Assembly: GCA_965262915.1 (NCBI GenBank)
Contig: OZ253564.1
Location: forward strand, 768,001-832,000
Reading direction: 5' to 3'
DNA from: Candidatus Spongiisociaceae bacterium
Lineage (GTDB): Bacteria > Actinomycetota > Acidimicrobiia > Spongiisociales > Spongiisociaceae
DNA length: 64,000 nt
The translations under genes were made by a program, and so were the position numbers. The notes beneath the pieces were generated by a model. The model searched no databases. It was not told the DNA's origin and saw only the letters and a program-made list of their open reading frames with translations. Below are positions 1-9,930 of this stretch, one piece after another. Within the stretch, counting starts at the first letter, position 1. Every line of letters begins with the position of its first letter.

Positions 1-2460
1 TACACGCCAACGAAATGCTGCTGTTGGCCTACTCCATCGCCGCCGTCAAAATCGAAGAAGGACGGCGCCAACGCCGACCCACAGCGACTACCAGCCATTC
101 GCAGGCATCGTCCTGTGCGACACGTTCAACAGCCAACCCGACCAGCAACAGCTCGACACCCTGTCAGGCAACAGCCGACGGGCCGAACAACAAGCCGGCC
201 AACGCATCGACGTCATAGTCGGGAACCCGCCCTGGTCCGCAGGACAGAGAACCGCCGCCGAGGACAACCCCAACATCGTGTACCCACAACTGCGGGAACG
301 CATCCGCGAACCCTACGCGGCGCGCAGCACCGTTACGTTGAAGGCGGCCTTGTACGATTCGTACAAGCTGGCGATCCGGTGGGCCACCGACCGCATCGGC
401 GACCAAGGCATCGTCGCGTTCGTCACCCCCAACTCGGTGCTCGACGGCAACGCCGAATCCGGGCTCAGAGCCTGCCTAGCCGACGAATACCACAGCCTGT
501 ACCTACTCAACCTACGCGGCGACGCCCGCCTCTCCGGCGAAGCCAGGAGGCGGGAAAAGGGCAACGTCTTCGGCAGCAGCACGAGGGTGGGCATACTCGT
601 ATCCGTACTGGTCAAACACCCCCACCAGCCACATCCCGACCGCCAGACCCGCATCTGGTACCACAACATCGGCGACTACCTCACCACAGACCAGAAAAAA
701 CAGGCCCTCCAAGACATGGGGCATGCGCCGACGAGCGGCGACGGGGAAGGCTGGCAACGGATCAAACCCGACAGCAACCACGACTGGATCAACCAATCCG
801 ACCCCACCTGGCAACACCTAATGCCCCTCGGGGACAAGACCACCAAACAGGCAGCCCTGCGCGGGTCGGCTGGATCGGGCGCTGACTCCCCGACTGTGTT
901 CCACATCTACTCGTCCGGCCTCAAGACCAATCGCGACCCATATGTGTACGACTACGACAAGGACGGTCTGGAAGAACGGGCCGAAGCAATGGTCGACGAA
1001 TACGAACACCAACGCGACCGTGTGAGCACCGGGGAGGCGACGGTCGACCAAGCCACCCGAAACGTCAGACCACATGTCATCAAATGGACGGGTGACCTGC
1101 GACCACGGCTACGACGCGGCCTGCGCGCCACCTACGACGAACGGAACATTCGGGAAGTCCACTACCGGCCGTTCACCAAGATGTGGCTCTACTACGAACC
1201 GCTGTTCCTCAACAGGGTCTACCGCATCCCCATCATGTTCCCTCACCGTCCCGACGGCGCGAACCAGGCGATAGTCGTAGCGGGGAGGGGATCGACCCGT
1301 GAGTTCTCGACGGTGGTGACGGACACAGCACCGGACCTGGAGCTGGTGTCCAAAGGTCAGGTGATGCCAAGAACCACCCATCATAATCCGACCGACCGAC
1401 CGACCGACCGACCGACCGACCGACCGACCGACCGACCGATCAGGTCATCTACATCACCGGGCCGGGAGCATCGGTCGGGTTCTCAACACTCGTCAGCGAC
1501 TGTCCCCCGGACCTGCATCTGCTGTCAGGCGGACAAGCGTTCCCCCGATACACCCACCCGACCGGATGAATCAGGTGATCAGCATGACCGGACCAGGCTG
1601 GAAAGGCCCCTTCTCGACGCTGATAAGCGACATCCCTCCGGACATCCAGTTCATGGGCAACGGTCAGGCGTTCCCCCGGTACACGTATCCGAAGGAGACC
1701 AGCCGATGACCGCCGGCACTACTCCGATGCTGGACTTGGGGGACCTAGACCCCACCGGCGACCGGCCCGACGACCAAGGCCGGGTGGACAACATCACCGA
1801 CTGGTGCCTCAACCAGTTCCGCAGCCGCTACCAGGACCCTGCCATCACCAAAGACCACATCTGGGCATACATATACGGAGTGATGCACGCCCCCGACTGG
1901 CGAACCAGATACGCGAACGATCTACGCAAAGGTCTACCCCGCATCCCCTACACCGACGACTTCTGGCCGTTCGCCCAGGCGGGCCGGGAGCTGATCGACC
2001 TACACGTCGGCTACGAAACCTGCGAACCGTATCCGCATGTGCGAGTGCTGGTAGACGGGCAGGCGGCCGACCCGGACCGTGACAGCCCCGACGTGTACCG
2101 TATCGATAAGCCGATACGCTGGGCCAGAACCCGCGGCGAAGACAGGAAACTCGCCAACGACCTGAGCGTGCTCGTGGTCAACGACCGGTGCCGAATCGAA
2201 GACATCCCCCCGGAAGCGCACGAGTATGTGGTCAACGGGAAAACCCCCCGCTCGGCTGGGCCATCGACCGTCTACGGGCTACCCGTGACAAAACGAGCGG
2301 GATCACCCGCGACCCGAACCGGTGGCACACCTGGGCAGACCGGCCCTACAACCTGATCGAACACCTATGTAGGCTGATCACCGTGTCCGTCCGCACCGTC
2401 CGCATCGTCGACGGGTTGCCCCCCTCGCTGCCCCCAGACGACCCACGCCCCGCCGGCTGA
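1..2460 (+). CDS. Type ISP (LlaGI/LlaBIII-like) restriction-modification enzyme, MTase to C-terminal part; runs off the left edge, with frameshifts near 80 and 2245
   Basis: HANEMLLLAYSIAAVKIE, then in a shifted frame DYQPFAGIVLCDTF and the amino-MTase motif IVGNPPW. Also SSGLKTNRDPYVY, YRPFTKMWLY, ITKDHIWAYIYGVMHAPDWRTRYANDLRKGLPRIP and YVVNGKT/PLGWAIDR, all typical of Type ISP enzymes. Confidence 0.88.
1388..1439 (+). repeat. (CCGA)13 simple sequence repeat inside the Type ISP gene
   Basis: 13 perfect CCGA units counted; read as (PTDR)n in the main frame. Confidence 0.97.
1438..1569 (+). other. Alternative ISP specificity-region cassette 2 (currently out of frame)
   Basis: DQVIYITGPGASVGFSTLVSDCPPDLHLLSGGQAFPRYTHPTG*, homologous to in-frame cassette 1 NQAIVVAGRGSTREFSTVVTDTAPDLELVSKGQVMPRTTH (1262-1381). 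Confidence 0.85.
1566..1709 (+). CDS. 47-aa mini-ORF, alternative ISP specificity-region cassette 3
   Basis: MNQVISMTGPGWKGPFSTLISDIPPDIQFMGNGQAFPRYTYPKETSR*. Its ATG overlaps the cassette 2 TGA and its TGA overlaps the next ATG at 1706. Confidence 0.75.
   Translation: MNQVISMTGPGWKGPFSTLISDIPPDIQFMGNGQAFPRYTYPKETSR
1706..2460 (+). CDS. Type ISP C-terminal domain with its own start; frameshift in the C-run near 2245
   Basis: SD AAGGAG at 1692-1697, ATG at 1706, ISP C-terminal motifs follow. Confidence 0.65.
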
Positions 2461-2684
2461 CCTATCGGAGAGGCCGGCTGGCGTAAGGTAGCTGGGTTGA
2501 CCCTGGTCCGCTGCCCAACCACACCCCACCGGTTCTCCCGGGAGAATCCACCACGACAACAACCCAACTGGCGCGCCGCTGATCCAAGTGAGCTGACTCC
2601 AAAAAAACCGGTCACCATCAACCGCCCCGCTTCAAGTCACGCGTATAATTCCCTTTGGATTGTGTTGACTCAGGGGATTAAGTT

Positions 2685-4373
2685 ATGAGACGGTTGGCGC
2701 TACTGGTCGCATGGGTGCTGGTGCTCGGAACAGTCGCGTCGGGAGCGTTACCGTCCACGCCACCCGCGGTGGCGCAGGAGACAACCGGGCCGCCGGAAAT
2801 ATGCGACACAGCCGCGGTGGAACAATTCACCGACGTCGCCGACGGTGAATACGCGTCCGCCTACGTGCTGTGCATGCGCTCTCTGGGCCTCTCGGTGGGA
2901 AGAGGAGCAGGAACCTACGGTCCTGACAGCCAACTCAACCGCGGGCAGATGGCATCATTTCTGGTGCGGCTGTGGCGTGACGTGCTGGGCAACCAATGTC
3001 CCACCGGAGTAGTCACGCCGTTCACCGACGTGCTCGACGACTCCACGCATACCAAGAACATCGAATGCATCTACGGACTGGAGATCACCACCGGCACCGG
3101 CCCCGACACCTACGGCCCCAGGGACCCGCTGAAGGCAACCCAGATCTCCCGATTCCTGTACCGCGTCTACAACAAAGCCGGCGGCGACATGTGCCCGAGC
3201 GCAGACGGGTCGGAACTCCACCGGGCCGCAGAGTGCCTGCTCCAACTCCGGGTCGTGCCCACCACCGGCGAAGCCACCGCCACCACCACCGTCACCCGAG
3301 CACAAATGGCCGTCTACATGGTAGGGCTATGGCACAACCTCTCAGGCAAAGGCCTACCACCCCCACCCCCACCCCTAGGCACCCCCACACCTGAGGCGAC
3401 CACCACCACTACTACCCAACCCACCCACACCGCACCCACCACCCAACGCATCGCCTACACGGTCAACAGATCCACAGCACTTGATCGCGTGCGGGGAGTC
3501 ACGACCACTGACGTCTGGGTTATGAACGCCGACGGAACCGACCAGAAACAACTCACCGACAACGGCTGGGGTCCGGTGTGGTCACCTGACGGAACCCGAA
3601 TCGCCTACACCGGCAGGCGCCTGACGGGCTCCAGAATCAGACCAAACCAGATCAATGAGGTCTGGGTTATGAACGCGGACGGAACCGACCAGAAACAACT
3701 CACCGACAACGGCTGGGGTCCGGTGTGGTCACCTGACGGAACCCGAATCGCCTACACAGTCGGACTCCGCGGAATCTTACGCGGAGTCCGGGTTATGAAC
3801 GCGGACGGAACCGACCAGAAACAACTCACCGACAACGGCATGAGTCCGGTGTGGTCACCTGACGGAACCCGAATCGCCTACGTAGCCCTCGGCCCGGACA
3901 CCGGAGTCCCGACCACTGAGGTCTGGGTTATGGACGCCGACGGAACCGACCAGAAACAACTCACCATCGGCGAGATCTCGGGGTCGTTTCTTCTGTCGTG
4001 GTCGCCTGATGGAACCCGAATCGCCTACCCAGGGGCAAACGGAGTCTGGGTCATGAACGCGGACGGAACCGACCAGAAACAACTCACCGACAACGGCTGG
4101 CGTCCGGTGTGGTCACCTGATGGAACCCGAATCGCCTACTCTAGGGCAAACGGAGTCTGGGTTATGAACGCGGACGGAACCGACCAGAAACAACTCACCG
4201 ACATCGGCCAGAGTCCGGTGTGGTCACCTGACTCTGGCCGAATCGCCTACTCTGGGAGCGGAGTCTGGGTCATGAACGCGGACGGAACCGACCGGAAACT
4301 GCTCTACTACAACCGCACCGCCGGGGATGGCGCGGGTCCGGTGTGGTCGCCCGTGGTCGTGCCGGAGGGTTAA
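2685..4373 (+). CDS. Secreted S-layer-homology protein with a TolB/PD40 beta-propeller
   Basis: Signal peptide, SLH-like motifs (FTDV...RGQMASFLVR, TRAQMAVY), Pro/Thr linker, seven VWVMNADGTDQKQLT...VWSP repeats. Confidence 0.85.
   Translation: MRRLALLVAWVLVLGTVASGALPSTPPAVAQETTGPPEICDTAAVEQFTDVADGEYASAYVLCMRSLGLSVGRGAGTYGPDSQLNRGQMASFLVRLWRDVLGNQCPTGVVTPFTDVLDDSTHTKNIECIYGLEITTGTGPDTYGPRDPLKATQISRFLYRVYNKAGGDMCPSADGSELHRAAECLLQLRVVPTTGEATATTTVTRAQMAVYMVGLWHNLSGKGLPPPPPPLGTPTPEATTTTTTQPTHTAPTTQRIAYTVNRSTALDRVRGVTTTDVWVMNADGTDQKQLTDNGWGPVWSPDGTRIAYTGRRLTGSRIRPNQINEVWVMNADGTDQKQLTDNGWGPVWSPDGTRIAYTVGLRGILRGVRVMNADGTDQKQLTDNGMSPVWSPDGTRIAYVALGPDTGVPTTEVWVMDADGTDQKQLTIGEISGSFLLSWSPDGTRIAYPGANGVWVMNADGTDQKQLTDNGWRPVWSPDGTRIAYSRANGVWVMNADGTDQKQLTDIGQSPVWSPDSGRIAYSGSGVWVMNADGTDRKLLYYNRTAGDGAGPVWSPVVVPEG
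3513..4352 (+). repeat. Seven near-identical coding repeats (PD40 blades)
   Basis: Recurring gtctgggttatgaacgcggacggaaccgaccagaaacaactcacc...ccggtgtggtcacctga, separated by variable-length inserts. Confidence 0.92.
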
Positions 4374-5020
4374 ACAAAGAACACTGTGGCCGATGGGTAC
4401 ACACACCGGCTATGGTCCCCGAATCGGCAGGCGTTGCCGGTCTAGTATCAGGTAGTCGAGTACCAGTCCTGTTGTCTCAGACTACCAACCGCGCTGGTCT
4501 CGGCACCTAGTACCAACTCGCTGAAGCATGGGCATCAAAGACAGATGCCGCCCGTACGTTCACCGGGAGGGTGAATGTCACGCCCGGGCAGGACCACAGT
4601 CCAAGAGACATGACCCCCGGTCCAGGAGCCCGATACCCCCACGCCGGTAACAGTAGAAACCCCCGATCCATGAATAATCGGGGCTAACGTTCTATCCGCT
4701 GTCCTGGAACACGGCGGCGATTTCGGCCCCGCACTCCGCCTCGATCCGGTCCATGACCGCGCCGTGACGAGTCGCGTCAATCAGGATCCATGCCAGTTCC
4801 CCCAGAACACGAGCACATAGAATAGCTGCCCGCCAGTGACACCGAGAGTGACACCGCCCAGGTCAGTATCGTCGGAAATACCTATCTACCAGGCTAAATA
4901 GCGGTATCCGCCAAGTTGTACTGGTAAGTATATAGGCCCCCAACTAACGATCCTCTTCTAGCCCGTGTTGGGGCGAACAGTGGGGCCTTGGTAGGTTGGT
5001 CCGGTCTGAGAGGGAGGTCC

Positions 5021-5605
5021 ATGGCAGGGGCCAAGTACGGGCTCACGCTGTCGAACCGCAGCGTGCTGCTCGGGGTGTCCACGGTGGAGGAGATGCTCGG
5101 TCTGGCCGCCGCAGCCTGATGGCGATCACCACAGCCGACCGGGAGGAGGTGTGGGACTCGGTATGGGTGGGTGACTCGATCTTCGCCAAGCCGCGCCTCG
5201 ACGCCCTGGTGGCCTTCGGGGCGCTGGCCGCCTGCACGGAGCGGGTAGGTCTCGGGGTCGGGTGCATGGCGAGCATGCCGCTGCGCGACGCTCTACTCCT
5301 GGCATACCAGTGGCTCAGCTTCGACTTCCTGTCCGGCGGCCGGTCCATCTTCGTGGCCTGCCAGGGTCAGCGGGAGGCGGGGGGAGGCAAGTTCGCGGAG
5401 GAGTTCGCGGCTTTCGGCATCGATCCGTCCACGAGGAGCCGCCGGATGGAGGAGGCGATCGAGATCCTGCGGCTCGTCTCCCAGACCGAGAACGCCTCCT
5501 ACGAGGGGACCTACAACCGGTTCGAGGACGTGACCGTGCTGCCACGGCCGGTGCAGCAACCGCTGCCGATATGGGTGACCGCCAACCCCAACCCGGCCTT
5601 CCCTT
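5021..5605 (+). pseudogene. LLM-class flavin-dependent oxidoreductase, split by a 20-bp insertion and 3'-truncated
   Basis: MAGAKYGLTLSNR...LAAAA* then DREEVWDSVWVGDSIFAKPRLD...PRPVQQPLPIWV; LLM similarity ends after ANPNPAFP. Confidence 0.8.
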
Positions 5606-5680
5606 TGGGGGTTCCCCGGACCTACTGGGAGAGAGGAGATCCCGCCGGGGCCGTTGCCGGAATGGTAGGGGCCCGCTAGC

Positions 5681-6787
5681 GTGGCTGAGGGGATGCGTGA
5701 ACGTGGCATGGCGCCAGTGCCGGCGCGGAGCGGTGGGCTGGGGCGCCTGCGTCACCGGGCGGCGGTTGCTACGGCTTCAGTTTGGGTAGGGGTGCTGGCT
5801 CTGTCGGTGGTGCCGGTGTGGGTGCATCTGACCGTCGCCGGCCGGGGGGCTAACCCCTTCTGGTGGGTCGCTGCCATGAACGTGGGTCAGGGTTGTGTCT
5901 TGGTCCCGTGTCTGGTCGCCACCCGGAGGGCGGCTGGTCTGAGAGGGGCGAGGGGTCTGCCAGCCGCTGCGGTATTGGGTGCATCACCGGGCCGTGGTCG
6001 GGTGTGGACTTGGGTCACGGCTGTTGGTCTCTGGATGGTGCCTGCGCGGATGAGCATGGCGTTCTTGGTGTGGGCAACGGAGTGGGTGGGTACTGCCGCG
6101 GCTGCCGTCGTCGGCCAGTACCTGGTTCCTCTAGCTGTTGCGGGGCTCTTGGCCTTGTCAGGCCGGTCTGTTCTTCCCCGGCGCTGGCCGCTCGTGGGAG
6201 CTATCGCGGTGGTGGGGGTCTGGCTCGTGGCTGTCGGGGAATCCGGCGGTGTCGCCCCTCTACTCGCGTTCCGGACGGGCTGGCCGGTGCTGGTCGGTCT
6301 CTCTCTGGCGATGGTGTCCACAGTTGGTGCGGCCGCTTCGGTAGTCCTCAACGTGGTTTACGGTGACCGGCTGTCGGTGGCGGCAGCCCGCTGCGGTGGG
6401 ATCCCTGCCCCCGCCGCCGGGGTGTGGTGGGCGGTAGCAGCGATGGCGGGTTCGTGTTTCGCGGTGGCCCCGCTGAACCTCGCTGTCGGGTGGTGGCTGT
6501 TCGGTCCGGTCCCGCTGGCCGACCTGGGCTCCGGGCTGTTGTTCGGTGCTACGGCGGTAGCTGTGGGTGGCACCGCCCTTCGGGTAGCGAACGCGCTGAG
6601 CCGTTCGGCAGCGGTCAACGCTCCGATTCTCTTGGCGCTGCCCCTCGCGGTGCTCTGGCTACTCCTCGCCGGGGCCGCTCCACCGCGGCTCGACCTTTAC
6701 CTGGCCGGTGTGGTCCTCCTCCTAGGAGTCGTTTGGCAGACGTCGGGTGCGTCCCGCCGCCGATCCAGGAAGCGAACGAACCCTTAG
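5681..6787 (+). CDS. Multi-pass membrane protein, EamA/DMT-like
   Basis: About ten hydrophobic segments in two repeated halves; start uncertain. Confidence 0.5.
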   Translation: MAEGMRERGMAPVPARSGGLGRLRHRAAVATASVWVGVLALSVVPVWVHLTVAGRGANPFWWVAAMNVGQGCVLVPCLVATRRAAGLRGARGLPAAAVLGASPGRGRVWTWVTAVGLWMVPARMSMAFLVWATEWVGTAAAAVVGQYLVPLAVAGLLALSGRSVLPRRWPLVGAIAVVGVWLVAVGESGGVAPLLAFRTGWPVLVGLSLAMVSTVGAAASVVLNVVYGDRLSVAAARCGGIPAPAAGVWWAVAAMAGSCFAVAPLNLAVGWWLFGPVPLADLGSGLLFGATAVAVGGTALRVANALSRSAAVNAPILLALPLAVLWLLLAGAAPPRLDLYLAGVVLLLGVVWQTSGASRRRSRKRTNP

Positions 6788-7144
6788 CGGCAGGAGCGGC
6801 CGGGGGGTTAGACCGAAACCCGGCTATACGTCCGAGCAGGCCCTCGCCACCAACCGTACAACCCAAGACTGCCGGCGTTGCCAGCGGACTCGCCCCGGTC
6901 CGCTGTCTGTACGGCGGGTATGAGACCGGCGTTCGTGCCGGCAGATCGCTGGACCGGGTGAGCGGCAACTCACCGCAGATCGGTTGACCCCTGTCCCTCT
7001 CGGTGAGCATCGATGAAGGTGGCCATAACCTGGGTGGGCGGTCAAGGTTTACCTGGGCGGAATACGCAGAAGCCTTCCGCGGGATCTCATTCGCCCGCCG
7101 CAACTCACGGTTCTCCTGCGACTTTCGTGGACGTGATCGGATTC

Positions 7145-9172
7145 TCAGCCGCTAGCGGTCGGTTCGGATGTGAGGTCGAGAGCCCGTACCAGGAAGGTTG
7201 CCATCTGTCCCCGGGTCACAGCCTGGTGCGGGCAGTAACGTAACGGATCGGTCTTACATCCCATGGTCACGCCGACCGCGACCAGAGCATCGATGTTGGC
7301 CTCGTGGGTGTTACCCGCCGTATCCGCGAACCCCGCCGAAGGCGCAGGCGGCAGATCGAAAGCCCGAACCAGGAACGTCGCCATCTGCGCCCGGGTAACC
7401 GGCTTGTCCGGGCAGTACCGCAACGGATCGGTCTTGCATCCCTCAGACACACCAAGATCCCCAAGACGCTCCACATAGCCCACCCACCAAGCATCGGGAT
7501 CCACATCCGCGAACCGCGTCCGCGCATCGGAAGACACGGGAGCCTGACCGAGGACCCGGGTCATCCACACCGCCATGGCCCAACGCTCGATCGGCTCATC
7601 AGGGCAGATACGCCGCTCACCACACTCGGTACCTTCGAGGACACCCGCCGCCGCGAGCCGGTTGATCGACGGTTCGCGAACACCGCCGTCGTCGTCGAAG
7701 CTGTCCGGTTCGGCGGGTTGGTCAGGTTTCTCCCCGTCGTTGCCGTGGCCCGGGGTGGGATCCTCCGGATCGTCAGCCGGGGGAGGGGCCACACCATCGA
7801 TGGCGGTGATGTTGGAGGACCTGAGACCCAGGCCGGTCCGTAACTGGGCCCCGGCGACGGTCACCGACGCGGGTTCACCACCGCGGACACCGCGGAACAT
7901 GACATGTGCGGGTGAGGACAGGGACTCTGTAGCTACCAAGATCGCGTCGGTGACCTCCTCCCAGCCCAGCCAACGCGCGACAGCCGAGGCGCTTACCCGG
8001 CGGTCCCAAGAAGCGTTCGGGTTGCCCACCCCCGGGTCGACGTCCCAGGGGTCCTCGACCGGCGTCAGATACGGCCACTCGCGTCCTGGTGTTTTGCCGT
8101 TCCACTCGGTGAAGAACCCGTAAACGTTGCTTCGGGTGATCCCACCGGACGACGCGGAGAAGAACGCCTGGACGATCCCCGCCTTCGTGAACGTCTCCCA
8201 CTCGTCGCCGAAGTAGGTGAGAACCCGGTCCCTGGTGGTTTCCACGCCGTCGAGCCAGGGCTGCCCACCCGACCGGGTCTCCTTTGCCCAACCTATGTAG
8301 TTCATGTCCCGCCAGCTGTCGTAGAGATGGCACCAGCATCTGTCCTTGCGGGCGGCGCTGATCCCCGGATCGTCGTCGGGATCAGCGGGACGCGGCTCGG
8401 TTTCCCACTGGAAGAACTTGAAGGCTGCGTACGAGCGGGCCGTGACGGCCTGGGCCTCGTTGACTCCTGCCGCCTCCCAGTCGTCGGGGATTTCGGCAGT
8501 ACCCTTGAGGTAGTCCTCGAGTCCGATCGCCAGGACCACGTGGAATCCTGTCTCTACCGGGTCGTCTCGTATCTTCAGTTCCCCGTGACGGTATTCGCAC
8601 ACCTCGTTGCTCCGAGGTGCGCACAGCTTGTTCCTTTCCTCACCGTGACGGAGCCGGACACCCTTGGCGTCTGGCCAGGAAATAGCCGCTCGGCAGCCAC
8701 CTGCCGTTCCCTGGAGCTCACCACCACGGAAGAAGCCGCACTCGTTGCGGGCCATGCGCCGGAACTCCCACCTCTCACCAGCCTGCGGATGCTCCGGCTT
8801 CGGGCAGGGACCCTCGTCGTCGCCCACCAGACACAGATCCAACGGACCTCCTACGGCGGTGAACTCCAACAAGGTGATCTGGGACCCCAAATTGACCCAC
8901 AGTGGGTTATCCAGCGTATACAACAGATCATTGGGAAGGGGCAGGTCCCGCATCGTCGCCGGTTCCGAGCCCGGGAAGTAATAGGCGGCGACATCCTCAC
9001 CCGGCTTGGCCGGATCGGCAAGCGCCTGCCCGTAGGCGCCCCACTGGCCCATACCAACACCATGACCCGAACCCGCGCCCTCGAAAACGAAACCGCCGCT
9101 ACCTTGAGCATCAGCGGCAACAGCAGGAACCAGGCCCACCAGAACCGCCACGAGCAACAACCGCCGGAGCAC
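7145..9172 (-). CDS. SpoIID/LytB-domain protein with C-terminal SLH domains
   Basis: Signal peptide, GSGHGVGMGQWGA, EDYLKG..E, AQAVTARSYA, FSASSGG; SLH repeats with TRAQMATFLVR. Confidence 0.88.
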   Translation of the reverse strand: MLRRLLLVAVLVGLVPAVAADAQGSGGFVFEGAGSGHGVGMGQWGAYGQALADPAKPGEDVAAYYFPGSEPATMRDLPLPNDLLYTLDNPLWVNLGSQITLLEFTAVGGPLDLCLVGDDEGPCPKPEHPQAGERWEFRRMARNECGFFRGGELQGTAGGCRAAISWPDAKGVRLRHGEERNKLCAPRSNEVCEYRHGELKIRDDPVETGFHVVLAIGLEDYLKGTAEIPDDWEAAGVNEAQAVTARSYAAFKFFQWETEPRPADPDDDPGISAARKDRCWCHLYDSWRDMNYIGWAKETRSGGQPWLDGVETTRDRVLTYFGDEWETFTKAGIVQAFFSASSGGITRSNVYGFFTEWNGKTPGREWPYLTPVEDPWDVDPGVGNPNASWDRRVSASAVARWLGWEEVTDAILVATESLSSPAHVMFRGVRGGEPASVTVAGAQLRTGLGLRSSNITAIDGVAPPPADDPEDPTPGHGNDGEKPDQPAEPDSFDDDGGVREPSINRLAAAGVLEGTECGERRICPDEPIERWAMAVWMTRVLGQAPVSSDARTRFADVDPDAWWVGYVERLGDLGVSEGCKTDPLRYCPDKPVTRAQMATFLVRAFDLPPAPSAGFADTAGNTHEANIDALVAVGVTMGCKTDPLRYCPHQAVTRGQMATFLVRALDLTSEPTASG

Positions 9173-9358
9173 CCGAGGATTGTAGAAGCCACCCGTCAGC
9201 AATCTGAACACCAACCTTCGACGTCGACGAACCCGAACTCCCGACACCCCGACCACCCAACACGCCACCCCGGTGGGAAACCTCTGACGGTGACCCGGGT
9301 TCGGTGGAGTCACTCCAGTCTGCCGATGTACGCGGACGAACCTTGGTGTCGGGAGGAA

Positions 9359-9550
9359 TCAGTTCTGGTCGATGATCATCTGGCGGACGTGGGCCTCCAT
9401 CATCCGATGCATCGCCGCGATCTCCTCGGGACCCTTGCCCTCGAAAAGATTGCTGTGCCCTTCCTCCCCGTGCCCCATCATCGCCGACAGCAACTCGTCG
9501 GCGGTGTCCTGCTCCGTGGTCCAGTCACAGCCTTCACATGCAAGCTTCAT
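9359..9550 (-). CDS. Small metal-binding protein, DUF1059-like
   Basis: 63 aa with CxxC (CEGC) and HxxxxH; purine-rich SD upstream. Confidence 0.65.
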   Translation of the reverse strand: MKLACEGCDWTTEQDTADELLSAMMGHGEEGHSNLFEGKGPEEIAAMHRMMEAHVRQMIIDQN

Positions 9551-9930
9551 CGCTTGGTCCCTTCGACGGACGCGTTCTCGAAGTGATCACCCTAGGGGGA
9601 GAGTTCATTTGATCGCAACACACCTAAACTCCTACCCAAGGACCTCCGGTAGCCTGTCCGTTCATCGGTGGCTAGGTCCCTGGGCCCTGGTGCCCCACCC
9701 CTGCCACGGGCACGCTAGGGATGGTGATGAGGTCATGGATGGACAAGGCCCGAGCCCTCCGACCGGTCCATGTGGCGGATTCTCCCGCCGAAGATCTTTC
9801 TCCTGCGCCGACGACGCCCATGTAACATTGACGTACTTCCTCAAGCGACCGGACCGTACACGAAAGGTGTCATACCCTCCCGGTAAGTCTTGGTAGCAGA
9901 TTTTGGGGCGTGACGTTGGAGAGGAGACGT

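Noticed and set aside
70-90. Frameshift in the ISP gene as programmed recoding
   Set aside because: It is a single-base shift near a short C run with no stimulatory signal; a sequencing error or mutation is more likely. It leaves enzyme activity uncertain.
2238-2250. GGGAAAACCCCCC as a programmed frameshift or second phase-variable tract
   Set aside because: C6 is short and is a typical homopolymer error site; cannot be resolved without reads.
3513-4352. CRISPR array or DGR-like repeats
   Set aside because: Repeats are about 95 bp, in frame and encode PD40 blades; there is no cas or reverse transcriptase gene in the window.
4380-5000. tRNA or riboswitch in the long intergenic gap
   Set aside because: No cloverleaf, T-loop/CCA or recognisable aptamer consensus seen by eye.
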